Part shown: positions 22,384 to 36,306 of the stretch, one piece after another
Layout of the letters: each line of letters opens with the position of its first letter
Numbering within the stretch: position 1 is the stretch's first letter
Assembly (NCBI GenBank): GCA_025201805.1
Contig: MU619244.1
Location: 1 to 64,000 of the forward strand
Source of the DNA: Parasitella parasitica NRRL 2501
Taxonomy: Eukaryota; Fungi; Mucoromycota
DNA: 64,000 nucleotides
Direction of reading: 5' to 3'
The notes under the pieces: generated by a model
Database searches by the model: none
Seen by the model: only the letters and a program-made list of their open reading frames with translations
What the model was told of the DNA's origin: nothing
Position numbers and translations under genes: made by a program

Positions 22384-24547
22384 TCATGGTGCTGTGGCTG
22401 GCTGCTCTTCATCGTCATATCCCTCTTGTGTTTCTCGCAACAGAGGCGCAATCATTTCTTGTCGATCTGTGAAATCGTCTGAATTTTCTCTCTTCTTCAA
22501 GCCATCTTTTCCTTGTAAATAATACACGTAGATCATGCTGGACATGAACAAGATTATGAGGAAACTAGCCGTTGTAAATCCCTTGTCTAAATCATTTTTG
22601 TGTCAATTTTTAACCGCTTTCTCGTTCTTCGTTTAAAACAAGACATGTGCACACTTACGGTAATAAGGAGCATCAGTAACAGGCCATAACACTAAAGGAG
22701 TCCAAGTATACATTAAAGAAGATGAAGTATTCATGATAGCAATAGCCATTGCTCGCACTTGACTATTGGTTGATATCGTTTCGCTTGCCCATGTCATGAT
22801 TATCTAATCCATCAAGTGTATTTGCAAATATACGTTAGTCTTTGTAAGCTGCACGTTTACATAGAGATACTCTACCGAAGTCAACGACCTAAGGCCTGCA
22901 TGCATAACTAAAAAGGCGATATACAAGATCCAGAATGGCTGTACAAATGCAGCCAAAGAGCTATTTGAGATGCATAATTAGCATAAACGCTGCCCAAGCG
23001 AAAATCGGAAACGGTAGATTGTGCAACTTAATGGTAGCTCTTTCCAGTCTACTTACCACATGCCAATCAAGCCAAAGGTCGCTGGAATAAGAATACACCT
23101 ACAATAGACTCGTATAAACGTTTCAGCTACTCTTTTGGCCTGTTTCAATTGTCTTACCAAACCCGAGTGTTGTATCGGTCACTCAGGACCCCATTCAATA
23201 GGCCAAAAATCATGGTGATGATTGTGTCAGGCTATGTTTGTAGATGATTAGTCGATGCTGCAACACAAGTCGGCGATTGATTGCCGTACCGTCGTCAGGA
23301 GGTTTGCAGTAACCGCATCAAAGCCAATCTTTTTGGCTACAATTCCAAGAACATGAGAGGCTCCCAATGAAATATGTATCGTAGCCCAACCAAAGACAAA
23401 CGGATATATATACTTGTTTTTTAGCAGTAATTTGATTTTCGCGATCCGTTTACTCGCTGACAGCAGCTGTTCTTCTTTTGTGTTGTCAGCACCCATTCTG
23501 TGCACTGCCAAGTAGCCTTCTGATTGATCCAGCCAAACCGTATTATGAGGGTAATCAGGCAAATAGTGGTAGCCCAATACAGCCAAGAGCAGTGTGATAC
23601 TGGCATCAAACATAAACATCCATCGCCAACTAAAAACATAACCGTAGCTGATATTTTAAAAGGTTTTCCTCTCCCAAAGTCTGTATATCATTACCCGCTA
23701 ATTCCAAATACACCATCCAGCGTTTTCAGCATGACGGCTTGTACAACACCACTTAGACCGCTTCCGAAAGATCCGCATATCGTAATCAATGCTAGCCGCT
23801 TCCCCAGTTCTCTTTTCGTGTACCATGTGCCAATCAGAAATATAATCTATGGAAACAAGAAATCAGACACAGTAGTAAAGCTTATTTTCATTGGCATCTT
23901 GATTTACCCCTGGATAAAAGCCTGCTTCCGCCAACCCAAGCAAGAACCGGATCACATACACGCCCTGCACAGATTGAACGCAAGCCATGGCCAGTGTCAA
24001 TATACACCATACGACTTCTAGAGCAGGCAAGTACCGTGAGGGCCTCATATAAGATAGCAGAATATTGGATGGAATTTGCATCCTAACACATACACAAGAA
24101 AAGTCAGGAATTGGTCAAACTGAGCTCACTGGTATGTACAGTAGTTACGTCAAGTAGCCAATCATAAACAACACACCCATCCAATTGTACTGCAGACCCG
24201 TTACATTCAACTCTTCTTCCATGCCACTAATAAACGCATTTCCTGGCGACGATTTTATGTTATGTTAAAAACAGCAGACGTAGATGCTTACAACTGTTTT
24301 TACCCAGGTTGGTGTTGTCGAGCGCCTTGACAAGATTACCAAACATTGCAAAGACAAGCAGTCTTTTATCCAGCCGATGAACAAGTTCAACTTCATCGAT
24401 ACGGCTGTACGGCTTGGGCTCTGTCTCTTCCTCTTCTCTATAGGCGTCATTTCCTAGTCGATTCAGCGGAATAGATTGCTGCTGTTGCTGCTCTTGGTGC
24501 CATTCATTTGACCTTGAGGCTATTTCAACACATTCGTCGTCTTTCAT
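22384..24547 (-). CDS. MFS transporter, allantoate/pantothenate (Fen2/Seo1-like) family, multi-exon
   Basis: RLDKRLL...LDNTNLGNAFISGM, QIPSNILL..MRPSRYLP, RFLLGLAEAGFYP, LPDYP..T.WL. Confidence 0.88.
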
Positions 24548-25332
24548 TTCGCTTGTTTTATTTTATTTGTTATTACTATTACTATTACTATTGTAAATTA
24601 ATTAGATAAGAGAAGAAGAAAAGGGGCGAAATTAAAACATGGGACGGCAAAGACCACTGCTCTCGCGTTGCAGCGCATGGAAAGAAAATCTTCTCTGTCA
24701 ATGCCTGAATAACCAGGTTTTATAAAAGGCAACTCCGGGACCCCCTTATAATCAGCGTATCACGAAGAGAACGTTCCTACGTGTCTTTGTCTAGCAGGAT
24801 TTGTCTGGAATAAATGTACACCTGCACCTGTGCCAGCAATAATTAGGCGCAATTCATCATCTTGAAATGGGGCAGCCTTGGATCTTTTTTTGAAAATCAT
24901 TACCGGGTGTAAAAAGCTTGCTACACAGTTAGGATTCAGGTACGCCCGTTTTTAACGGAAAAAAAAAAAGGAAAAGCTAAAGGCCTAATGCTTTGTATAC
25001 AAGCTGTGAGTATTCACTCTCCACAAAGCCATAAGCATGTAGCATGGAGATTCGGGAGATGTGTTTCAATCACTTGCAAAATTACCTCTCGATGTAGGTA
25101 TGCGGGAATGATACAAAAAGCTATGCTCAAGAATCGTACTTTCTCTGTATAATTGATTTGTACAATAACCCTCTCCAAAAAAAAACAAGAAATCATCTCT
25201 GGGTTTCTGGAATTCCAAATGTCAGCTCTAGTTGAAAGCCCTGGAAAAGACAACTTCAAATCTCTAATTGTTCAAGCAGACTCCGCGTTGCAAGCGCCAC
25301 ATTCCATCTTTTTCACTTTCAACTTTATATAA

Positions 25333-27116
25333 ATGTACAAGCGAAAGCTGCCTACAACAGAGGCCAAAAAGGCCAAGCAAGCCAAATTAACGGCATCAAG
25401 CAGTCCGGGAGAGCCTTGGAAGCAAGTCTTTGCTGATGCAAGCACAGCGTTTCGAGAAAACAAGTACAAGGAATCGGTCGCACTTTTCAGCAGAGTGCTC
25501 AGCCTGAATCCCAACCACGTTACAACCATTGATTGCCGTGCTGCCTGCTACGAAAAGCTAAATGAACTTGATCTCGCCATTCAGGATGCAGCAGCCATCA
25601 TCAAGGTTGCGCCCAAAGAAGCAAGAGGATACTTGAGGGCGGGGAAATTATTGTCGCTTCAACAAAAGCACAAGCAAGCTGTGAACATATACAAACGCGC
25701 ATTGGCTCGTGTGGATACCCAAGATAAGCGCTACCAGCAAATCACATCTATGATGGCTATTGCGCAAAAGAAGGCTTCTCCTCCGCCGGTACATGATTTC
25801 GTGAAGGTGCTGCCGTACGACCTTATTTCTCTCATCTTCTCAGAGCTTTCGTTTGATCGTCGTATACAGTGTACGGGTGTTTCCCAAACTTGGCGACGCT
25901 TCGCACTTGGCTGGTCAGGCATGTGGCGAGATTTGGATTTTGGAGACAGAAAAGTGTCATTTACCGCCATCAAAAATTACCTCAGCTATGCACAGGGTCG
26001 ACATGTGCGACGATTTGCCTTGATAAATGCAGACAAAAGTAGGATGAAGAAAGTGCTGCAGCTGCTCATAGATATGGACTGTCAGTACATCGAAGCTTTA
26101 GGTAAGCTCTACACAACTGCAACATCAAGCAAAAGACGTAGGTTTATCGTGAATGAATAGATTTCGTCAGATGCGATATTCCGATCAATCTCCTCGGGCG
26201 TATGCTGAGGCTCGTTGGCAAACACGTCAGCAGTATCAGGATTGACGAATGCGATATACAAGTATCTACTGTATTCAGAGAGATATTGCCGCAATGCTCC
26301 CAACTGACGCATTTATCAATGCTTGGAATCGAGACTGGAGACATGGACGATCTACAACAAAGCTTTGCGCCCTTCAACATAGCGCACATGAGGCTGTCTG
26401 TTAGTGGGGATGCACATTTGAATTGGATACTGTCGCAATGCAAACAGCTGAAAGTACTGGAAGTAAAAGCAGCAGATATTGCAATAAGAGATGTATTTAC
26501 AGCCTTGATGTCTCTGCCCGATTTGAGGGAGATTTACTACGCCCATGGCCCAAACTACAAAGTGGATACAAAATGGCCAACACCAAACTTGACAACAAAA
26601 CAAGCAGGACTCAGAATATGTCATGTTCGAGGCGATACCTCATTCACAGGGGAATTACTGGAATGCATTGTGAAGAGAGACCACAAAACTCTTGAGCAAA
26701 TCTCGATATTTGAGTGCCCTTCTATGGACAACGCTCTGGCCAGACTCGTGGTGGAACCAGGACTACCAAGCTTGGAAATATTAAATATCGACAGGCTAAT
26801 CAGACTAGAGGAGTGGAATCTGCATACAGTCATTTCGTCATGTCCGACTATTCAAGAATTGAGCATGTCGTGGAATTCAGATGTGACAGACAGCGTATTG
26901 AATGATTTGAAAGCTGCTACCAAGACATTGCGCAAGCTGGACATATCACATTGCAATAGCGTCACTGGAGTTGGGCTGCAGCAGGTCGTGCAGACACACC
27001 GAGCCACGCTGGAGAAGTTGGTGTTAAATAACTGCCAAAGGATTAGCTCAGATGCTATTCGATGGGCATATGAAGTTTTGGGTAGAAGAGTAGTCGAGTG
27101 TAAGTATGACCGTTAG
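25333..27116 (+). CDS. TPR + F-box + LRR protein (Dia2/Pof3-like), 2 exons
   Basis: TPR (RAACYEKL, GYLRAGK), F-box (LPYDLISLIFSEL...VSQTWR), C-terminal LRRs (LDISHCNSVT). Confidence 0.88.
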
Positions 27117-27513
27117 GAACTTGTATAAGCGGGAATTCTCCCTCCCCACCACCACCACCCCCCCCAATGCTATTACAATTAAGGTTTTTTCCCACCCTCA
27201 TCATACCTATAAATACAACATTTATGGCATGATTGACATTGACATTTGACAGGACCAGTTTCCGTGCCATCTTGAATGAATATAAAAGTGTACATAATAA
27301 AATTGAATGGCATTTGCGTATACGCACATGACAGATACAGGAGCATGTAGACACAGAAACGAGCAAATATTATATACTTTGACATGCTTTTGTCCCGTTC
27401 CGATGTGCTACGACTGGGCAGGATCGACTGAGTATAGCAAACAAGAATACAATCTGTACAATTTTTTCTTGCTCTTTTTGCTTCTTTTTTTTTTCTTCTT
27501 CTGTATTTTCAGG

Positions 27514-28899
27514 ATGCCTATCGCTGTACCATTCTTGACCGGCAATAGACAGCTATCTATTGAATTAGCAGAGCCTGTTGTTTTACTGAGGGGTCCACCG
27601 TCTGACCCTACAACGCATGTCTTGAGAGGCGAGGTGGAATTGATGTTGTCTAGACCAATGACAGCCAGTCAAGTCCTTGTCAATCTGGCTGGAAAATCAA
27701 ACATGCTATGGCCTGAAGGTCTAGGAAGCAGAGGGTCCAAGATATATCATGAAAAAACCATTCTAGATCAGACGATTATTCTGGACAACCGACATGAAGA
27801 TGATCAAATGCTGCCGGCCGGCTTGAATCGATGGCCATTTGAATTCTTGATACCCAATCGTATGGTAGAGACAATCGAAGATGAGATGGCGCAGGTCTAC
27901 TACTTTGTGTCTGCCACGGTCCAAAGGCCCGGCTTAGGCACTCCCAACCTGCGCTGTCGACGTAATATTCTTCTGCTGCGTACGCTGTCCTGGTCGGAAG
28001 ATGTGATTGCGTCTCATGCGCTCCCTACAACATCCATAGTCGCAGAGAGAAAGACGGACGCCTGCGATGCTACCATATACATTGAAAAATCAATCGTATC
28101 ATCTGGCACCCAGTTTCCAATATCATTTGTGCTCACCACGCAGATGAAAAATGTCAGTCTAGAGGCCATTAATGTCACACTGACCGAAAAAAGGCTCTAT
28201 CAAGTACCTGAATACAATGCACGGAGAGCCGAATTGCATGATTTCAAGCTGCAGCTAGCGTCTGTCACTGACATGACTGATTCGGAGCAAATGATTCAAG
28301 CGATGGTCCCTGCCTCAGAGGTACCTCTCCAGCAAATCCGCAGACTGTTCAGCGCTAAAAACGCACACATCCCTCTAGGAAACAGCCCTTTCCAGTACAG
28401 GTGTATCTTTACGCTACCCAACTGCCTCACACTCAATCACACAACGTATTTCAAGGAGATGAATTTTTTACACCAACTGAAAATCGACATGGAGCTGTCT
28501 GTGCCGTCCACTGCAGTCAAGCCAAACTCGGGGCCATCGTCGAGCCAAGCTGTGCCTGAGTTGGTGAACACGGTTGAAAGAACCCACATTCATATGGAAA
28601 CACCCATCACCATTCTGGATTGCCGGCTAAAAGAAGATTTCACAACACTGCCAACTTACCAAGAATCGATGTCTGACACAGCTGTCAACGAAGAAGATGC
28701 AGAAGATGTTCTTAAAAAGCGCGCAGGCTTCTTTATTTGCCCGTGCTATGTTGACTACAAGAAGAAAAGCTCGAAATTAAACGGCAAGGAAAGAATGATG
28801 ATACGGCAGAACAATGGCGTAGAATCAGCGCCATCCAGCCAAAATTCAAGCACTGAAAACTTGCTGTTACCTCCCCCTCCTCCCTATTGTAATAAATAA
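27514..28899 (+). CDS. Alpha-arrestin (ART-type Rsp5 adaptor)
   Basis: LRGEVELML, AGLNRWPFEF, VYYFVSATV and PY motifs LPTY and PPPPPY; start placed at MPIAVP. Confidence 0.85.
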   Translation: MPIAVPFLTGNRQLSIELAEPVVLLRGPPSDPTTHVLRGEVELMLSRPMTASQVLVNLAGKSNMLWPEGLGSRGSKIYHEKTILDQTIILDNRHEDDQMLPAGLNRWPFEFLIPNRMVETIEDEMAQVYYFVSATVQRPGLGTPNLRCRRNILLLRTLSWSEDVIASHALPTTSIVAERKTDACDATIYIEKSIVSSGTQFPISFVLTTQMKNVSLEAINVTLTEKRLYQVPEYNARRAELHDFKLQLASVTDMTDSEQMIQAMVPASEVPLQQIRRLFSAKNAHIPLGNSPFQYRCIFTLPNCLTLNHTTYFKEMNFLHQLKIDMELSVPSTAVKPNSGPSSSQAVPELVNTVERTHIHMETPITILDCRLKEDFTTLPTYQESMSDTAVNEEDAEDVLKKRAGFFICPCYVDYKKKSSKLNGKERMMIRQNNGVESAPSSQNSSTENLLLPPPPPYCNK

Positions 28900-31297
28900 T
28901 CTCGCCCCTTTCGGCGAGCTGAACATTTGCAAATAAAGTCCTATTCAATAATGGTGCAAAGCAATTGCTCTATATAATGTCTCGTGTTGAGAATTTTTTT
29001 GCAATAGAATATTACGCAGCACAATTTTCTCAGAGTATTCTGACATGAAAACATCCCTGTTTACACAAACAACAGCGCTTTTTATTTTTTTGTATTCTTT
29101 TATGCTTGTCTCTCATCGACTTCTCGCCACTGTTGGTTCATAGCAAGTAGGCCACGTTATGGTCGATCCCAATTCATCCATCTTTTTCACAAATTGTACT
29201 ACAACTCATTCTTTGTTTTTTGTTTTTTTTAACCCTGGCGTAATGATCCAAGCGATCATTGCATAATGATTTGTATGCAAATGTTTATTAGTTAGTAAAT
29301 TATCCCAACACATATGAATACAATAAGTCGTCCAGGTGAAATGAACATAAGTGAAATTTATCTTTTTTTCTTTCTTCTACATGTTTGTTGCTGCCACAAT
29401 CCCAATAAACATACCATTATATTACTTGACCATCATTGATACCTTTCATCTCTCACAACATAGCATTGGTATTTGTCGTATACTTTGTAATTAGTAACAT
29501 TAGCCGATCATAGCCCAACAATAGGATCAACCAAATTATACAACTCAACAACTTATTTTATCGCATTGAGTCCTGACCTACCGCACGCGGCTCCACCTAG
29601 TTGGAATACCTCTTTTACACAGCATGCTTTCCTTCACAAAAACAAAGCTTTTCAATCTCATCATCATCATCATCATCATCATCGCGCCACGCTTGATAAT
29701 GGCGGCCTCTTTAGCAGTAACTTTTCTTCTAATGATAATGTAAATGTTGCCTTTAATACAGTATAAAGAAATAGTAGGTTTTAGTGCATAACTTCGGCTA
29801 AAGACACCGCTTATCCAAGATTTAAAATATCATCAACAGGACCTAAAATCACCAGTTTCATCAGATTTATGCCTCGTTCCTTATGCATGCTTATACAGAA
29901 AAATTTGCCGCTGAAAAATGTCAATTTTTCACAGAAAATACATACAATTGCATAAAGAACAAATCAAGTTATATTCTAAGCTTGTCTGATACCGTCATGA
30001 TGAGGGCTAACCAATATACTTTAGCTCTTCTATTTGACACAAATGTCAAGACTTCTCCGCAAAAATGGTTTCTTTTCGACTGTTATAGTATGCCCATAGA
30101 CATACTACGGAGTCGATATTTTCTTCGTTAAAAGTGCATGTTTTATTCATTAATAGACATCAAAGTATACACATAATAATGAATATTCAGGAAAAGTGGA
30201 GAAGAAGATACGATGCATCAGCAAAAATAGCGGAGAAATGTTGGTACAAACCATATAAAAACATTATTTGTGGCAAGGCCCTACACCATTCTTTCTCTCT
30301 CTCTCAGCCTGCTGCGAAATATTACAATACTCTATTAAAATTATATTACAGAATTTAATAGTTATCCAGATATTAGAAATAGTATATGTACCTTTCTTTA
30401 TAAAGCCCTCAAAACAATCAAAAGCAAAGAATGCAATCACATTATTTTGACTCCGTCGTCATGCCAACCGTTCCTGTATTGGATATAAGGTTAGATGTCG
30501 CCGGAAACTCTATAATAAACAGAATTAGTCATGAAATATCCTCTAAAAGAAACCATTTAATCAGTTCAAATAATTCTGATGAACGAAGCTAAACTTGTCA
30601 ATGAATGACTCAACCATTCATAATGATTAGCTAATTGAATAAAAAAAAAAGAGGGGCATGAATTATGTGGCTAAACTTCACAAGTTCACAGTAAGAAGAA
30701 AAAAAGCTGTCGACCGAGTAGCTCAAATCAGTAAGCATTGGGCTAATTTGTATTTGTTGATATTACTCTCTTTAGAAGGGAAATGACCTTTTTTTGAAGA
30801 GTAATCAGCCTAGGTCTGCTGATCGCGAAAACTGTTTGTTACTTCATCAACATTTATACTGTTATAGTACATGTGTTTATTTTTCAATGCACAAGCAAAG
30901 CTGTAATGGCTTACCATTAATTAATTGCCTATAAATGGATAAAATATAAATGTGCACATTATCTTTGGTAGAAATGCATTGGAATGCATGCGTTTTCGTC
31001 TTGATTGCATTATGCCACACACACACACACACTTTAGGTGTCATCAAGCTCTGGAGTCTTTTCTCCTCCTCCCCCCCCCCTTTTTTTTTTAGTTACCATA
31101 AATACCTATATCTCCCGTCGACAGATTACAAGTATGATAAAGTATGAGATTAAGTTTTTATATAAGTTGATAATTTTAAAATGTGATGACATTCATCGAA
31201 AATAAATAAAAAAAAAAAAAAGAGGGAATACAATATATGATGATAGGGTCATGCAGAAATTAGAGATAAAAAAAAAGAAAATACACTTGCGGTTTGA

Positions 31298-32027
31298 TTA
31301 TGCAGCATTCAAAAAGAATTGGTCTAGTCTACAGTATCGCGACTGACATCGGCGTAATCCGGAATTTGTTACAAGAGATACGTTCGATTCAGTACGTTGA
31401 AGCATATCAGTCAGCAATGATACGGGTTTAGATAAGGCAGATGTCGCAGAGCTCGAAAAGCAGTTGAATTTGGTGGTCTTTTTAGTGAATACCAACAGCT
31501 CCTGTTTTGGCTCCATCTCCTCCTCCTCCTCCTCTTCCTCTTCCTGCTCCTTATCTTCATCGAGGCTGTTAGCGTCATCAGCTGTTGCTGTGATAAAGAA
31601 CTTTTGTTTCACGTCCATTGTGTTATCCGAGCTGTTTAATAGCAGCTTTTGCTGAGACCATTGCGAAAGATCAGGTAAAGAACGAGCACGAGTCAACTGT
31701 TTATTACCGTCTTGGTTTGTTGTTGAAAAGTCGATATCCTCCGAGGTCTTTGGTTCTATTTTCTTTTGCAGTACGGATTGCCGATACCACAATCTCCAAG
31801 ACAAGTTTTCCAGCCGAAATCCATCTTGGATGTTCCTCTTGTATTTAGTAAACACTGTGGAAAATGGTTGAGCATGAAAATCCCACAGGCTTTGATAAAG
31901 ACTTACCAGCCCATAAGCACGATAGTTGATCAAGATTGTTCCACGGTAGCGCCTTGTATTGGTGATTTTCCGACAGCGTGGATTTGATCAACAATGGCAA
32001 ACGAATATCACTCAACATCAAGCTCAT
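31298..32027 (-). CDS. DUF1752-domain fungal protein, 2 exons
   Basis: LW/AVFTKYKRNIQDGFRLENLSWRLWYR after splicing; acidic tract. Confidence 0.8.
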
Positions 32028-32823
32028 GTTGAAAAGAAAAAAAGAAAAAAAAATGCTTATTATTCCTGAAAGTAAAAGAAAAGAAGGGGAGCTATTGCGA
32101 TCCATTTGATCGAGTTTTTATTGTTGTGTTCCCCCACACTTTCAGTATTCGTTAGAACTCAGTAGGGCAACCCCATTTTTTGAAGCAGACCCCCCACACA
32201 GTTTTATTGTTTGTTTGAGGCCAATAGCTATTATAGAACAATAAGCTATTATCAAAGGTCATCAACCCATCCACGGCTTTAGTACAGCTGCTGCATATGA
32301 TCTTCATCATCAGGACGGCCCCACCAAGTTTAGATGCTTTCTTGCAAGCAGAATACGTTGAAATGTATAAACGTAACTATGATTTTTGCTCCGAGACGTG
32401 AGATATCCACATTCTGTAGTAAATTCAGAGCATTGCATATAGTAACTATAAATGCTAAAAACCAAAATATAGTACATACAAGCACAAGGGCCCAAGGGTC
32501 ACAAGTTTGATCTGCTCGCTTAACAGGGGTCAAAGCTTTCTTTATACAGACCAACTACTGCAAATGATACAGTCTCCAAATATCATTTGCAAGAGTCTAA
32601 TACGGCCTAATCTACTACATGATCATGTCTACCTACAAATACTATTGTATAAAGGTCTAGAATCAAAAGAGGCACATTTTTATGGGCACGTAACACAACG
32701 GAACGTTGCTGGTTTCACTAGCAAGTTGCATCTACTGTCACTTTAAGGGCACATTTCTACACTTTAACATGTCTAAAGCATACAAAACGATCAACATGAT
32801 GTAGTGTACCGTACGACTTTTCA

Positions 32824-32897
<74 letters not shown>
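32824..32897 (-). repeat. Long poly(T)/(A) tract
   Basis: About 74 nt of T with one C interruption. Confidence 0.95.
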
Positions 32898-32898
<1 letters not shown>

Positions 32899-33194
32899 AA
32901 TGTTCTCAACATCTTCAAATCGTATGCTTGATTGATTGGCAAGAGTGTAGGTAATGATTAGCTATATACTAGATTTCTAGTTGAATTTCCAAAGCCCAAT
33001 TAACATGTTTACTGTTATTAGGAATACAAATCTTACATCGTTTAGAACGAGAGAGAGACAGTACTGTAGCCATCACTGACTTGCAGTGAAATGCATTCAT
33101 TCATCAAGATGATAATAAAAACGGCTATAATTTTATGAGACTTTTGCACAAAAATCGTTTCTGCTAGACATGTATTAAGGCACTATTGTATTAT

Positions 33195-34793
33195 TTATTC
33201 TTTTTTGTGCAGCTTGAGATTAGCATTCTTTTTGGAGGTCTCCATTCTTGCTTCATCAAGAACCAGCTGGAATTCATCTGCAAAGCGGCTACAGACACCA
33301 TTTGCTACTTGTGGGTAATCACGATGAACGTCTGCAATGGCACCAATGCTTACTTTGCCAGAGTACGAAATGAGGGCCATACCAATAGATCCTTTCCCGC
33401 ATTGAGGAGGAAAGGTGCGATACTCTTGGATCTCCTCGCCAGCAAAGTCGATAGGCACGGTTGGGCCAGGTACATTTGTAAAGACGCCGTGAGGGATATC
33501 GCAAATATGGTTATACACACTCATAGGAGGACTGAGCCCAGGCGCATGGCCAAAGAACCATTGCCATATCTCATATAACATGCGTGGCCCAAAAGAGTTT
33601 TTGATGGCCAGCATTTCAGTTTTCACTTGTCTTAATAACTGCTTTGTATCTAAATCATTCATTGAGAAGAAGCCCCACGATCCACTTACGACATTTTGAA
33701 AACTACACGTATAAACGTAAAGTGTTGGTAAGTGTAGCGCATGTAGCAAACTGCTCTTCTTACACCTACCTCCAATCACTGGGCTCGCGTAAAGAAACAG
33801 GGATTATAAAGCTAATATAGTTGTCGCTCCTTTTTCCAATGCTCTCCAGATAGCCCTTCAAGCATCTGGTAATGACAAGCAACATCACGTCGTTTAACGT
33901 ACCGCCAAACGCTTCACGTACAAACTTGATATCCTTGATGCTCACATCTTTCGACCAGGCCATCTCCTTATCATGTGATTGCAGACCCTTATAGTACAAG
34001 TCTTTGCGAGTGACAGGTAGTATACACAGGAGAACGCAGTACAGATCGTGAATAGTAACAACGCTATACACGTATATCTGATACAGGACCAGCCAGAGGA
34101 GGTTCACCATTGCTGAAATATATGCAAAGGCCTTTTGAAGGCTTGATTTTGGCCTGTCAGTATCGGTATCACTGGACCTCTTCTTGTCGGCGGCTATGAT
34201 ATCTTTTTTGCGGCGATGAGACACAACGGATTGCTCTTCTAGCTTCTTTAATGTTGAACCAAGTGATGTCGTGCTCAATAAACTGCGGATAAACCCTTCG
34301 CCATCAGCTAGGGCATGATGTGCTTTCCAGAAGAAAGCATAATGGCCATTCTCTAATCCAGAAATTGCATGGAGTTCCCAAAGAGGTTTGGTATAGTCGA
34401 ATGGTGTAACAACCTGCCTTTTTCTTTTAGCATAACGCCATCTTGTCAAGCGTCTGTGTTACATGTGTGGATTACCTGTTCAGCGCAATATTTTTGGAGT
34501 GCTTTCTTGGTAGGTTCTTTTAACGTGTGATTTACAATGTTATCTTGGAAGCTCCAGCCTGCAGGCTCAATCCAGGTAGCCGGCCTAAAGAAGCCCTCAT
34601 GAGCGGGCGTTTTTGCAAATCTAGGATACTCTTCACACAATCTTTCCAGCACTTTGTATACCTGTTTTTGGTCTAGACGTTGTTTGAATGTCCAAATAGA
34701 GGTAACCGTCATCAAACGACGAGGATGTTCTACCTTGAGGAAAAGAGTATCCAATCCACCAAGCTGTTGATCGCTTTTCTTGATTTCCCTCAT
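33195..34793 (-). CDS. Wax ester synthase / diacylglycerol acyltransferase (WS/DGAT), spliced
   Basis: LDTLFL, DYTKPLWE, catalytic HHALADG, GTLNDVML, PVSLR, TNVPGP, SYSG. Confidence 0.92.
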
Positions 34794-35301
34794 ATTTCTT
34801 TGTCACGAAGGAATTTCACGAAACTACACAGCGTTTTTTTATTTTTATTTTTATTTTTATTTTTATTTTTTATTTTTTTTTGTCGTCTATTTATATGGAA
34901 TCATGTCCCTTGTCTCAAAATTGTCTCATATTACAAGATTTTTAATTCTGGAATTAAAAACCCTAAAAAAAGACATGTGAAGGAATAATGACACACACAT
35001 ATTAGAACCTTGTCTGATATCGACCTTGATCTTATAACGGGCAGGTGTGATTTAGCCGTTGCGTGGAGTGATACATTGCATCTTGGAACAAGATATTAGT
35101 GGAATGAGAACATTCGTAGTCGTCTGCATTGTATATTTTTCTTTATTTGTTTTTTTTACGGGCGTTTTGCGCACGAATTTTAGATTGATACGAGATAAAA
35201 TGATAAAGGGATACGAGAAAGGAATATGTATAGGCTATGTAGAATAGAGGGGTGAATAAGGATGGTATATTTACAGATATTTGCGGATCAGAAGGATTGT
35301 A

Positions 35302-36306
35302 TCAATGGCTCATCGTTTTCAGTGCTTTCTGTGAATTTGAATAATCACCCTGTTGGATTCTTTTTCTTTGGCGATCGCCCTTTTTGGATTTCTCATGTCT
35401 TTTCAATGCATCCTTCCTTGCAAAAGGCCTATCGCAACAATTGCAGCGGTATCTCTTTTCTTCAGAATGGCGAGACTGATGATGTCTATTCAAATCCTGA
35501 GGCCTGCCAAAATCTTTGTGGCATTCAAGGCAATCGTATCTTGGTTTACTGCTCGCCAAGGTCCCTAATGCCGTATTAGCGGATGTGGTAGCCACCGTGG
35601 AAGTGTGGGCACTGCTGCTATTACTTAAGCTAACCGAAGGTGACTGTACAGGAGGCGTGCCGCTGTAGCAATGGTAATCTTCCATAAGCATAGGGGAGTT
35701 GGAAGAAGAATGCATGATTTCGAATTGTGACAGAGGTGATACCATGAGAGACTCTTGTTGCTGCACCTGATAGAAATTTGGACAAATTTCTTCTTGAATC
35801 TGCTGTTGCTGCGATAGAAGAAGAGTGTTAAATTCAAGCGCATCAAATTCATTCAGTACAGCGGGCATATGGAATGATGGAGAGTAGCTATTATTTGTAT
35901 ATACAGAGCAAAGATCTGGAGTTCTTATCATCGGGATAGGTTGTATTTCAGCTATGGGAATAGCAGCAGCATTGGATTGAAGTTTGAGATCTTGGTCAAA
36001 ACGATAGTGATCTAGCTGTTGTATTTCTGCTGATGTTGGGTGAGTTTCCTTATGGCAAACGTCAAGAAAGGTGGGCTGGCTAAGGAATGTATTGTAGATG
36101 ATAGTAGAGGCGGTAAAAGTACATTGGTTGTCTACGAAGGGTAACAAGCCGTTTGTTAAATCATCGCTACTTTCCAAGGCAGTTATGTTGCTATTTAGAG
36201 TCGCATTTTCAGGAGCATGTGTGGATTGGCGTTTTGAAGACGATATAGATGGTAGATCTCTCATCAGAAGATCATTCAGCTGAAATGATTCTAATGTAAA
36301 TGTCAT
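35302..36306 (-). CDS. C2H2 zinc-finger transcription factor
   Basis: CLECHKDFGRPQDLNRHHQSRH and CNCCDRPFARKDALKRH near the C-terminus; Ser/Gln-rich N-terminus. Confidence 0.88.
   Translation of the reverse strand: MTFTLESFQLNDLLMRDLPSISSSKRQSTHAPENATLNSNITALESSDDLTNGLLPFVDNQCTFTASTIIYNTFLSQPTFLDVCHKETHPTSAEIQQLDHYRFDQDLKLQSNAAAIPIAEIQPIPMIRTPDLCSVYTNNSYSPSFHMPAVLNEFDALEFNTLLLSQQQQIQEEICPNFYQVQQQESLMVSPLSQFEIMHSSSNSPMLMEDYHCYSGTPPVQSPSVSLSNSSSAHTSTVATTSANTALGTLASSKPRYDCLECHKDFGRPQDLNRHHQSRHSEEKRYRCNCCDRPFARKDALKRHEKSKKGDRQRKRIQQGDYSNSQKALKTMSH

Noticed and set aside
27307-27513. N-terminal extension of the arrestin ORF
   Set aside because: Low-complexity T-rich sequence ending in TTTTCAG looks like UTR or intron; the domain starts at MPIAVP
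32757-32942. Poly-lysine ORF
   Set aside because: Artefact of the homopolymer tract
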